Below are positions 28,236-37,097 of a DNA stretch of 64,000 nucleotides, in pieces. Position 1 is the stretch's first letter; every line of letters begins with the position of its first letter. The DNA comes from Clostridia bacterium (GTDB taxonomy: Bacteria > Bacillota > Clostridia > CAKSNL01 > HGM11501). The notes beneath the pieces were generated by a model. It made no database searches and had not been told where the DNA came from. It saw only the letters and a program-made list of their open reading frames with translations. Location: assembly GCA_045545475.1 (NCBI GenBank), contig JAZQAZ010000031.1:1-64000 (forward strand), in the 5' to 3' direction. The translations under genes were made by a program, and so were the position numbers.

Positions 28236-28949
28236 ATGAAAAAGTTTTTAGCATTGGTACTGGCACTTCTTTTGGTATTCGCTATGGCAGGATGCACAGA
28301 AGAGGCAGCAAACGAAGAAGTTGTTGAAGAGGTGGTTGAAGAAGTTGCCGTAATGACATACGAGGAATTTGCAGCAGCCGAAATTGACACCGAGGTTACA
28401 GTTGAAACCTATGTTCAGGGCAAGCAGTCCTGGTGGGACAATAAGGGAACTTTCTATACTCAGAGCGAGGACGGAGCATACTTCCTTTATGAAATGCCCT
28501 GTACAGAAGAAGAATACAATCTTCTCACAGAAGGAACTAAAATCAGAGTAACAGGTTATAAGGCTCAGTGGGCAGGCGAAGTTGAAATTGTTGACGCAAC
28601 ATTTGAAATTCTTGAAGGTAACTTTGTTGCGGAAGCATTTGATGCTACAAGCCTCCTCGGAACAGAAGAGCTTATAAACCATCAGAACAAGAAGGCACTC
28701 TTTAAGGGTCTCACCGTTGAATCTGTAAATTACAAGAATGACGAGCCCGGTGATGACATTTATCTTACACTTACAGATGGAGAAGATGACTACAATTTCT
28801 GCGTTGAAGTTTACTTAACCGGCGTTGATACAGAGGTTTACACAACAGTTGGTGAGCTTGAAGCAGGCGACAAGGTTGACGTTGAAGCATTCCTTTACTG
28901 GTATGAAGGCGTAAATCCCCACATCACAGGAATTACAGTTATTGAATAA
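28236..28949 (+). CDS. Acidic lipoprotein with two probable OB-fold modules (ORF track lists the wrong strand; it is on +)
   Basis: ATGAAAAAGTTTTTA at 28236 on + after AAAGGAG; lipobox AMAGC; GTKIRVTGYK and GDKVDVEAFLYWY OB-like strands. Confidence 0.85.
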   Translation: MKKFLALVLALLLVFAMAGCTEEAANEEVVEEVVEEVAVMTYEEFAAAEIDTEVTVETYVQGKQSWWDNKGTFYTQSEDGAYFLYEMPCTEEEYNLLTEGTKIRVTGYKAQWAGEVEIVDATFEILEGNFVAEAFDATSLLGTEELINHQNKKALFKGLTVESVNYKNDEPGDDIYLTLTDGEDDYNFCVEVYLTGVDTEVYTTVGELEAGDKVDVEAFLYWYEGVNPHITGITVIE

Positions 28950-28951
28950 TA

Positions 28952-28985
28952 AAAAAAACAGCCTGAATATTCAGGCTGTTTTTTT
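28952..28985 (+). terminator. Intrinsic terminator
   Basis: AAAAAAACAGCCTGAA-TA-TTCAGGCTGTTTTTTT. Confidence 0.85.
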
Positions 28986-29000
28986 ACCCAATATTATGAC

Positions 29001-29029
29001 TTGACAAGTTATGAGAAATGTGGTATAAT
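29001..29029 (+). promoter_or_regulatory. Consensus sigma-A promoter
   Basis: TTGACA-N17-TATAAT with TG extended -10. Confidence 0.75.
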
Positions 29030-29109
29030 ATATATGCTTCACGGAAAGATCTGTGGGGTCTATTTTTCTGTTCATTAAATAGCTTAATAAGTTAGAAAGG
29101 AGAGGTGCT

Positions 29110-29298
29110 ATGGAAATGTTGGAACATCCCGATATTACAAGAATGATGCGATACGGAACGCTTGAAGAAACTGCAAGAAGAAAAAGACGCCCATGCTTTC
29201 TTAACGGATTCGTATACGGAGGAGACAGCGAGGACGAGGCAGGAGGGAATGACGATGACGAAGAGGAAGGCTTCAAAAGGCAGGCCTGCACTAATTAA
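29110..29298 (+). CDS. Small hypothetical protein (phage-like)
   Basis: RBS AAAGGAGAGGT; N-terminus EHPDITRMMRYG; acidic tail. Confidence 0.55.
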   Translation: MEMLEHPDITRMMRYGTLEETARRKRRPCFLNGFVYGGDSEDEAGGNDDDEEEGFKRQACTN

Positions 29299-29485
29299 GA
29301 GTATTGCGGGAAAAGCCATTAAAGAGCTTGAGAGGATTGCATTCAGCGAGGAGGAACCTATAAAAATAAGAATGGAAATACTTAAGTGGTTTACTGAGCT
29401 GGAAGTGGGAAAGCCTAAAGCTTCGGTGGATAATGAGGATAATGGCGATAAAGCCTTTGATATAAATGTTTATATCGAGGAATAG
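29249..29485 (+). CDS. Small hypothetical protein, terminase-small-subunit-like
   Basis: RBS AGGAGGG before ATG 29249; KELERIAFS...IRMEILKW..VGKP. Confidence 0.6.
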   Translation: MTMTKRKASKGRPALIKSIAGKAIKELERIAFSEEEPIKIRMEILKWFTELEVGKPKASVDNEDNGDKAFDINVYIEE

Positions 29486-29520
29486 AAAAAGACTGTGATT
29501 CAACGAATCACAGTCTTTTT
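29486..29520. terminator. Bidirectional terminator
   Basis: AAAAAGACTGTGATTC-AAC-GAATCACAGTCTTTTT. Confidence 0.85.
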
Positions 29521-29531
29521 ATTATATGATG

Positions 29532-32500
29532 TCAGGCGTTGAGATCACCTGTCTCTGGGTCAGTAGGATCGCCTGTCTCGGGATCTGTGGGATCACCTGT
29601 CTCGGAGTCAGTAGGATCGCCTGTCTCGGGGTCAGTAGGATCGCCGGCCTCGGGGTCAGTAGGATCACCTGTCTCGAGGTCTGTGGGATCGCCTGTCTCG
29701 GGATCTGTAGGATCGCCTGTCTCGGGATCTGCGAGATCCTCCTTAGGATAGTTTGTTTCAACGAATTCATCAATCGCATCCGTCGCATTTTGATATACTT
29801 CGTTTATATCTCCTATGGAAGAAACGGCATCAAGATTTACCTTATGTTCCTCTAAGAGAGCATCTAAATCAGTATCTTCAGAGAAATCGTATCCGGTATC
29901 TGATGATACTCCTGCGAGGTAATCATCAAGCTCAGCCTTTTTGTCTTCAACAACCTGAGAAAGTACAGCGTCATCAATGTTACTGTATGCACCCTCAATT
30001 ATTGTTTCTATTTCTGCCTTTGATACAGATGCATCAATTTGATCCAGCGCATCGGATACAAAACTTTCTGCGTCTTGATACTTGGTTACATCGATATAGT
30101 TTTCAACTTCGCTTTTGCTATCTTCTATATAGGAGTTTGTGGGGATGTCATCAGCCTTGGCCTTTGCATCCGCTAAAGCGTTTTCTATTTCGTTTTCGGA
30201 TGTAGATGCGGAGATGGCTTCTTTTCCTTCGGAAAGAATATCAGAGAAAATGTCTTCGTTAATTCCGAGAACAGTGCTGTAAAGAGAAACATCTATATCT
30301 TCAATATAATCTGTAAGCTCAGTCTTAGCTTCTGCTTTTACATCAGCCAAAGGATCGATTTCCGGTGTTTCAACACCCTCATAATTTTCGGGATCGCTCT
30401 GAGAACTTGTGCGGATCAGATATACAAATTTTACAACAGGCTCACCGGCTGAAACGCTTGCTGAGCCGTTGGAGGTGTAGATGAATAACTTATCTGCATC
30501 CGTGAAGCCGTACTTGTCTTCTGTGAAGAGGTTTTCTTTAAGATATCCCTTTGCAGATGTAGAAGAGGAATACATGGTTACCTTTTCTTCTTCTTCATCA
30601 TAAACGAAGAGCTTTGTGGCTGAAGCGAAATTGTGTTCTTCATTAAGGGATTCATCCATTTCTTCAAAGTAGTCTGTGCTGAGCATGGGATTTACAATTA
30701 CTGTACCGGTACCGGTGTTTTCGTATGAAACAGCTGTTCCGTAAATGGTACGGTATTCTGCATTTTCTGCTTTATTCTGTGTCCCTGTGGGATAGATATT
30801 AAAGCCCTTTATTCTTCTGTCGGAGGTCTCTGCCGTGTTATAGAATAAAGTATCGTCATCCACACGCTTATGGGGAAGGTTAGTAATATCCAAAGCGTGA
30901 TAGAAATCATACATGGATTTATCAAGTGTGGTTGAGAAAAGTATTACGTCTCCGACATTCAAGTCATCATATTTTTCTGCCGCAGGACTACCTTTTGCTA
31001 AAGCTATGGTGTTTTCGGTAGAGTTTGCAGCTGTGCGATATTTGATTTTAAGTACGTCGGGATCGTCATTATCCTCGTCTTCCGTTGCAGTAATCACGGC
31101 CATTGTGGAGAAAGATGTAACAACATCTTTTCCGTCACTTACATACTGAAGAAGGAACTCGGCATAGTTTCCGCTTACGTTATAGGCTTCTATATAATAT
31201 TTCATTCCGTGGTAGAAGCTTTTGTAATCAAATTTGCTTGCAGAATAATATTTAGTCTCACTTCTGTTTCCGGGAACGAAAACAAGAGTGGATTTACTGC
31301 TGTTATTGTAAAGCTTTACTCTTGTGGAATAAGTTGAAGATGCTTTATAAAATCCGGGTGAAGAAGAACTTGAATAATATACATGTCTGCCTTCGTCTTC
31401 TCCGTTGTCATCGTAAATGAAAGTGCTGCTTCTGAACAAGGTGTTGAAGCGTTCATCGCTTTCTGTAGAAAGGGTTCTTCCGTCAGAGTCTAAAACGGTG
31501 TCGATGGTAATGATTTGTCCGCCTGACATTTCATAACGGATAAATGATGAATGTGAGGTATTCTTGTTAAGAGGAGCTTCTTTTCCTTCGTTTATAAGTT
31601 CTGCAGCTTTTAAGAGTCTGTCCATTACTTCCTCGGGGTTGTTCTTTATGATAACGCCGTCGAATCTTACAGAGGAGTCAACCAGTATGGGGGAAGAAGT
31701 ATGTGAGCCAATGGTGGATTTTGAAGGATCGACCTGATACAACATCATTGCAACTTTGTCACCCTCTTCGGGAGTTTCGGATGCATCTATATACTGTTCG
31801 TCTCCGCTTCCGTCGGCATCCTTGTATGCGAGCATTGTGATGTAGCCATATTTGGAGTCTGCGGTGGAAATGATCTCTTCTATAGCGGCAACCTTACCGT
31901 CAGCGTTGAAATAAAGCTTTACATTGTCATACTCCTGGGGGATAAACTTGTCATCTTCGGAGTAATCCTCAAGATAATCAATGTAGTTGTAGTTAAGCTC
32001 GTAATCGACCTTTTTATCTGTGGATTTGTTTCTTATCTGAATCTTTTTTGTATCATCTGTATCAATAAACTTCACGAAGCTTCCGGTAACGGCAGTTGTT
32101 TCTGCGGGTGTTACTTCTGCGGTAAGGAAATCGTGATCGATGGATTCCTTATAATCAATTACGTCATATTCCTTGACGTTAGATACTTCCATACTTGAAA
32201 GTGTTTTGGAGTTTTTCAGAGACGATACTGTTCTGTCTATTTTTTTGGTCGTATCGCTGTAAAGAACGTTTAAATCTTCTGCTCCGAACTTGAATTTAAT
32301 TACACCCGAACTTGCTACTTTACCGTTTACAACGGCTGTTTTGTAGGATTCTACAAAAATTATATCATACTTTTTGTCGCCGTCATTGGAATAGAATGTG
32401 AAAGAACCAATTTCTGTATCTGTTATAAACGAGGAATCATATTCATAGTTTTCGGCATCTTCTGTGTTTATGGATTTATCGTTGTAGATGATATAAAGGC

Positions 32501-33641
32501 TTTCCGGATCGGCAAGAGTCAGTGTTTGCTTCTTTTCGTCGCTGTCGTAGTAGGTTACTATTGTTTCGCCGGTTTCGTCTGATGTAGACATATCAATGAA
32601 ATCATCCAAAGATACGGAAACAGCACGGTTCTTCTTTTCAATGATTGTTATGTCGGAAATATATTCTTTTCCGTCATCATCTTCCTTTATTGTTGCACGA
32701 ATGTGCTTTCCGAGATAGGAATCAATTTTTTTAGCATATTTTGATGCAACAGGCAAATCCTCTCTAACGGTCTCGTCTTCGCTGTTTTGGTATACGATGG
32801 CAAGTTCGTCGGAATAGAGGATGCTCTTTGTTGTATCAAGCATTGTGGTTTCTGTACCCCATACAACGCCGGTGATTTTGCGGGAGGACTCATCACGGCT
32901 ACCACCGCCGCCACCGCCGCCACCGCCACCGCCGCCGCCACTGCTGCCTCCGCTTCCGAAGCTTACGCCGGTGAATGTTGCATTTGTGTTATCTGTGGTT
33001 TTGTTATTGGGAGTTATTGAAAGTGCGTTATAAACGAATATTGCAGTTGTTCCTCTGGTTATGGGAGAACTTTGTCCGCTTGTGTGGGGAGAGTTTACAA
33101 AGAGTTTTTTCTGCATTGCAAGCTGAATATATCCGTCGGGATAAGAAAGATTTGTGTAGCCAAGGGCACACATAATCATTTTTACAGCCTGTTCGTATGT
33201 AACGGGAGCGTCGGGCATAAATGTTCCGTCGGGAAACCCTGCAATTATTCCCATATCTTTTGCGATTTTTATATAATTCTTTGCCCAGTGAGCACTTCCG
33301 CCGACGTTGTCAACATCCGGAAAACCGGAGTCCTGATTGGTTTCGGTTGTAGTGCCTAAAAAACAAACAATAATTTTTGCAAATTCTGCACGGGTCAAAG
33401 TCTGGTCGGCTTTATATGTCCCGTCGGGAAATCCTGTAATTATGGATTTATCAACCAGTGCTTCGATGGAAATACCCAGTGGAGTGGAGTAATCTATATC
33501 GGAGAATTCGGTTGAAACTTCGCCTGCGGTAGTGTCGGCAGATGAAGTGGTCTGAGCAGCTGCGTCTTCAGCATAACATACAGGTATTGTAAGCATGCAA
33601 AAAGCCAGAATAAGACACAGAGCTTTTTTTAGCATAGTCAT
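29532..33641 (-). CDS. S-layer homology (SLH) domain surface/S-layer protein
   Basis: Signal peptide; FSDI, GFPDGTY..LTRAEFA, FPDV..HWA, GFPDGTFMPD.PVT, PITRG; poly-Gly linker; helical repeats and DPETGDPT tail. Confidence 0.9.
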   Translation of the reverse strand: MTMLKKALCLILAFCMLTIPVCYAEDAAAQTTSSADTTAGEVSTEFSDIDYSTPLGISIEALVDKSIITGFPDGTYKADQTLTRAEFAKIIVCFLGTTTETNQDSGFPDVDNVGGSAHWAKNYIKIAKDMGIIAGFPDGTFMPDAPVTYEQAVKMIMCALGYTNLSYPDGYIQLAMQKKLFVNSPHTSGQSSPITRGTTAIFVYNALSITPNNKTTDNTNATFTGVSFGSGGSSGGGGGGGGGGGGGSRDESSRKITGVVWGTETTMLDTTKSILYSDELAIVYQNSEDETVREDLPVASKYAKKIDSYLGKHIRATIKEDDDGKEYISDITIIEKKNRAVSVSLDDFIDMSTSDETGETIVTYYDSDEKKQTLTLADPESLYIIYNDKSINTEDAENYEYDSSFITDTEIGSFTFYSNDGDKKYDIIFVESYKTAVVNGKVASSGVIKFKFGAEDLNVLYSDTTKKIDRTVSSLKNSKTLSSMEVSNVKEYDVIDYKESIDHDFLTAEVTPAETTAVTGSFVKFIDTDDTKKIQIRNKSTDKKVDYELNYNYIDYLEDYSEDDKFIPQEYDNVKLYFNADGKVAAIEEIISTADSKYGYITMLAYKDADGSGDEQYIDASETPEEGDKVAMMLYQVDPSKSTIGSHTSSPILVDSSVRFDGVIIKNNPEEVMDRLLKAAELINEGKEAPLNKNTSHSSFIRYEMSGGQIITIDTVLDSDGRTLSTESDERFNTLFRSSTFIYDDNGEDEGRHVYYSSSSSPGFYKASSTYSTRVKLYNNSSKSTLVFVPGNRSETKYYSASKFDYKSFYHGMKYYIEAYNVSGNYAEFLLQYVSDGKDVVTSFSTMAVITATEDEDNDDPDVLKIKYRTAANSTENTIALAKGSPAAEKYDDLNVGDVILFSTTLDKSMYDFYHALDITNLPHKRVDDDTLFYNTAETSDRRIKGFNIYPTGTQNKAENAEYRTIYGTAVSYENTGTGTVIVNPMLSTDYFEEMDESLNEEHNFASATKLFVYDEEEEKVTMYSSSTSAKGYLKENLFTEDKYGFTDADKLFIYTSNGSASVSAGEPVVKFVYLIRTSSQSDPENYEGVETPEIDPLADVKAEAKTELTDYIEDIDVSLYSTVLGINEDIFSDILSEGKEAISASTSENEIENALADAKAKADDIPTNSYIEDSKSEVENYIDVTKYQDAESFVSDALDQIDASVSKAEIETIIEGAYSNIDDAVLSQVVEDKKAELDDYLAGVSSDTGYDFSEDTDLDALLEEHKVNLDAVSSIGDINEVYQNATDAIDEFVETNYPKEDLADPETGDPTDPETGDPTDLETGDPTDPEAGDPTDPETGDPTDSETGDPTDPETGDPTDPETGDLNA
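29538..29729 (-). repeat. 24-bp coding tandem repeat, 8 copies (DPETGDPT)
   Basis: Units DPETGDPT x2, DLETGDPT, DPEAGDPT, DPETGDPT, DSETGDPT, DPETGDPT, DPETGDLN. Confidence 0.95.
32901..32939 (-). repeat. Trinucleotide run encoding 13 glycines
   Basis: (ACC/GCC)13 on + strand directly after the SLH region. Confidence 0.9.
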
Positions 33642-33724
33642 AAATGTACCTCCTTGATGAAATATTTATCCAGTATATTTCTATTTTACCATAAAAGGCA
33701 AGGCAAGTCAAAGGAATTTTATAG

Positions 33725-34534
33725 TTAGTCTGATACTTTTTGCCTGTTTGCTTTTATGTTTTTTATAAGCATTGTGATGCCGACTATAAACAGAACCAGA
33801 GATAGTGCCTGGCTGGTTCTTATCTCCGTCCCCGGGATATAGAGACTGTCGGTTCTGAGACCTTCGATGAAGAATCGCACAAGGCCGTACCAGGTAAGAT
33901 AGAAGTAAAGGCAAAAGCCGTCGTATTTTATTTTTTTTGATAAGAAGTGGAGAACTGTAAATCCTACTATATTAAGGACGGATTCGTACAAAAAGGTGGG
34001 GTGGAACGGGCCACTTCCGTTTATGCACATTCCCAGTAAAAAACCATCGGAACAAACAGAGCCGTGAGCTTCTCCGTTAACAAAGTTTCCCCAGCGTCCT
34101 ACAGCCTGTCCTATAAAAAGGCCCATGGAAACAAGATCAAGATAGTGAAGAACAGAAAGCTTTTTTGTGCGGCAGTAAATTATTATAACGGCCATTGCTC
34201 CTATTATGCCGCCGTAAATTGCAAGTCCGCCTTCCCATATTTTGAAAATATCCGAAAGGTCCTCTTTATAGCTGTCAAATGAAAAAATAACATAGTAAAG
34301 TCTTGCACATATTATTGCGGTCGGGAGAGCATATAGAACCATATCGAGGATGGGTTCTGTGCTTTTTCCGGCCCTTTTTTCCTTGATGTTTATGTAGAGC
34401 CATGCCAGGAAAAATCCAAGGCATATGATGACGGCATAATAATATATGCCGCCACCAAGGGCATCAAATTCGACTAATCTGCGATTTAGATTAAGGTCAA
34501 TTCCCAGATTCGGAAACTCTATATGAGTCTTCAT
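33725..34534 (-). CDS. lgt: Prolipoprotein diacylglyceryl transferase
   Basis: ARLYYV, IWEGGLAIYGG, GQAVGRWGNFVNGE, HPTFLYES, RFFIEGLR. Confidence 0.96.
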   Translation of the reverse strand: MKTHIEFPNLGIDLNLNRRLVEFDALGGGIYYYAVIICLGFFLAWLYINIKEKRAGKSTEPILDMVLYALPTAIICARLYYVIFSFDSYKEDLSDIFKIWEGGLAIYGGIIGAMAVIIIYCRTKKLSVLHYLDLVSMGLFIGQAVGRWGNFVNGEAHGSVCSDGFLLGMCINGSGPFHPTFLYESVLNIVGFTVLHFLSKKIKYDGFCLYFYLTWYGLVRFFIEGLRTDSLYIPGTEIRTSQALSLVLFIVGITMLIKNIKANRQKVSD

Positions 34535-34536
34535 AT

Positions 34537-35829
34537 TTAAGCCTCCTTTTTAGGATAAATAGCAGAAAGGACACACCTTTCGGGGTCAAGCTGATTGAGT
34601 CTTTCGCTGATTCCCTCATATGTTGCATTTCCTACAAATGAAGGATAGGTTAAAAGGTCAGCATCCTTTGTGGCAAATCGGCAAAAAGCATTGGAAAAGC
34701 TTTCCTGCCTGTCAAATAAAGAAACAGATTTTCCGTAGCAAACACGTTTGGCTCGCTCAAAGGCTGCCTTATCTATACCCTCTTTCTTTAATAGATTAAC
34801 TTCATCGCAAATGGCCTTGTATACGGCATCGGGGTCACGGCTTTCTCCCGAAAAAGCTGAAAAAGCATAGGTAAGCTCGCCTTCGTATGATGCATCAAAT
34901 CCGTCACTTATGAGATTTTGTTCGTATAAGCTGTTATAAAGACGGCTGCCTCTGCCTGCGAGAACTTCAAGAAGAATGGACATTTCGGCATCGGTTTTAA
35001 CATAGTCATCGCCTTTGCCGGGAAGAGTGGTATCTTTGAATGCCACCACAAACTGAGGTGTTCCTATATCGTAATAGTCTTTGATTTCTTTTTTGGCAAT
35101 ATGAGGGGGTTCTTCCGGGAAATGATTTATTATTTCTCCCGGATTGCTGTCTGCTGAAATCAAACGCTCAACATACTCTCCGACTTTGGTGGGGTTAACG
35201 GCACCTGTTGTAAAGAGTACCATGTTTGAAGGATGATAAAATGTGTTATAGCATTTATAAAGCTTTTCCTTTGTGATTTCGGAAATGGACTCAACCGTAC
35301 CTGCAATGTCGATATTAACGGGATTTACATTATACATGGCACGAAGTGCATTAAAATATACGTTCCAGTCAGGCTCGTCCTCATACATTCTGATTTCCTG
35401 TCCTATTATGCCCTGTTCCTTTTCAACTGTCTCGTCTGTGTAGTAAGGATGCATGGTATAGTCAAGTAAAGATTCTAAATTTTCGTAGAAGTTGGATGCA
35501 GCAGAAAAAAGATATGCAGTCATGGTAAATCCGGTAAATGCATTGGCGTTTGCCCCGTAGGCGGAAAATTTGTCAAAAACATTGCTTCCGTCCTCCTGGT
35601 CAAACATTTTATGCTCCAGATAATGAGCAATACCGTCGGGGATTTTTGTAGGTTCTGTGTCCCCGGGAGCGGTAAAATGATTGTTAACAGAACCATATCT
35701 GGTGGCAAGAATTGCATAGCTTTTTGTAAAACCTGTTTTGGGAAGGACATAAACCTTAAGGCCGCTTTTATGCTCACCGACATATAAGGTTTCCTTCATA
35801 TCGGAGTAATATTTTTCTGTAAAATACAT
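34537..35829 (-). CDS. ymfH: M16 family zinc peptidase (YmfH-like)
   Basis: PDGIAHYLEHKMF (HxxEH), NAFT, EKEQGIIGQEI. Confidence 0.88.
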   Translation of the reverse strand: MYFTEKYYSDMKETLYVGEHKSGLKVYVLPKTGFTKSYAILATRYGSVNNHFTAPGDTEPTKIPDGIAHYLEHKMFDQEDGSNVFDKFSAYGANANAFTGFTMTAYLFSAASNFYENLESLLDYTMHPYYTDETVEKEQGIIGQEIRMYEDEPDWNVYFNALRAMYNVNPVNIDIAGTVESISEITKEKLYKCYNTFYHPSNMVLFTTGAVNPTKVGEYVERLISADSNPGEIINHFPEEPPHIAKKEIKDYYDIGTPQFVVAFKDTTLPGKGDDYVKTDAEMSILLEVLAGRGSRLYNSLYEQNLISDGFDASYEGELTYAFSAFSGESRDPDAVYKAICDEVNLLKKEGIDKAAFERAKRVCYGKSVSLFDRQESFSNAFCRFATKDADLLTYPSFVGNATYEGISERLNQLDPERCVLSAIYPKKEA

Positions 35830-37082
35830 TATCTGTCAGCTCCTTTCAGGAAATAAATTGTCTTGGGAGCTATGCTTTTTCCTACTCTGACAACATCATC
35901 AACGGTAACTTTGTCAATTTTTTCTGCCAGAACTTCTCTTGAAAAGGTAATGTTCTGTGAAATGGAAGAAAGGTAGAAAGATGCAATCGCTCCAACGGAA
36001 TCTCCTGTTGCCTTAAGTGCATTAATAAGGGCTTTTTTTGAAACAGAAAGCTCGGTATCTGTTATATCCCCTGTGGTCATTGATTTATGCTGAAGGAAAA
36101 TTTCATCCCTGGCTTTTTCGAAATTTTTACTTTCAATGCCACTGGACACGATGATTATTCCTTTTGAGCGTTCGTAGGAACTTCCGGCATAATAAGCAAG
36201 AGAAAGCTTTTCCCTGACATTCATAAAAAGCTTGGAATGTGCACCGCCGCCAAAAATGGAGTTATAAACCATTAATGCCGGATAATCCTCGCTTGAAGCT
36301 GAAGGAACCGGTGTTGTGAAGCCTATACAAAGTTTGCCCTGGGAAACTTCCATGTTTTCCGTAACTGTGAATACATCATCGGGAACGGAGGGCTGAGTTA
36401 CAGGATAGTTACCGTCTCTTTCCGGCAGGCGTAAAAGGCAGGATGAAATGATTTTTGAGGCAGCATCTTCATCAAAGTTTCCTACTATAAGAATATCTAT
36501 TGGGGAGGTTTTGATTATATCAAGATAACGCTTTTCAAGATCGTCTGAGTTTATTTCATCTAGTTTGTCAGCATATCCGTTTTCGGGTACGGCATAGGGC
36601 GTGTTTTTATTCATTTCCTCTTTACACCTTGAAACAGAATAATGTCTTTTGTCATTCTTTTCGCTTTCTATAATGTCTCGAAGATGCTTTTTTTCGCTGC
36701 TTAAATATTCTTCGTTAAAGGGCAGAATGGGGTTAAGAGCTATGTCGGAAAGGAGATTTATTCCTCCGCTGAAACATTCTCCAAAAGGTGCAAAGCTGTC
36801 AGAAACTCCGCTTATCGAAAGGGAAAGAAGCTGGCTTTCTCCTTTTTTCTGAACGAAGGCGGATAAAGATGCACCCATAAGCATATCAAGCTTTTCCGAA
36901 ATTGCCGATTTTGAGGGATAGTTTTTGCTTCCTCTTTTAAGTATAAGAGGAATAAGTGCGTGCTCGGTGGCAGTGTCGGCATTAAGTGGGGTATGAAAAT
37001 GAATGCCTGCATAATATGTCTTAAACTTTTTTTCGGGAAAAAGATAGAGGTTTATCCCGTTTTTAATTTCAATTTTTGTCAT
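35829..37082 (-). CDS. ymfF: M16 family peptidase-like non-catalytic partner (YmfF-like)
   Basis: KFKT, QGKL, GGGAHSKLFMNVREKLSLAYY; lacks HxxEH; coupled to YmfH. Confidence 0.85.
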   Translation of the reverse strand: MTKIEIKNGINLYLFPEKKFKTYYAGIHFHTPLNADTATEHALIPLILKRGSKNYPSKSAISEKLDMLMGASLSAFVQKKGESQLLSLSISGVSDSFAPFGECFSGGINLLSDIALNPILPFNEEYLSSEKKHLRDIIESEKNDKRHYSVSRCKEEMNKNTPYAVPENGYADKLDEINSDDLEKRYLDIIKTSPIDILIVGNFDEDAASKIISSCLLRLPERDGNYPVTQPSVPDDVFTVTENMEVSQGKLCIGFTTPVPSASSEDYPALMVYNSIFGGGAHSKLFMNVREKLSLAYYAGSSYERSKGIIIVSSGIESKNFEKARDEIFLQHKSMTTGDITDTELSVSKKALINALKATGDSVGAIASFYLSSISQNITFSREVLAEKIDKVTVDDVVRVGKSIAPKTIYFLKGADR

Positions 37083-37097
37083 AGAGTAGTCCTTTCT

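Noticed and set aside
28236-28949. Minus-strand assignment given by the ORF track
   Set aside because: The listed protein reads directly on + (ATG 28236, TAA 28947-28949) with promoter, RBS and terminator on +
29110-29485. Intact prophage or integrative element
   Set aside because: No integrase, att repeats, replication or structural genes in the window
29538-29729. Sortase LPxTG anchoring signal
   Set aside because: Motif is DPETG with no hydrophobic helix or basic tail; the protein already has SLH anchors
29522-29855. Repetitive ORFs in alternative frames (29522-29788, 29526-29855, 29539-29751)
   Set aside because: Shadow translations of the 24-bp coding repeat in the SLH gene; not a CRISPR array either, since there are no unique spacers
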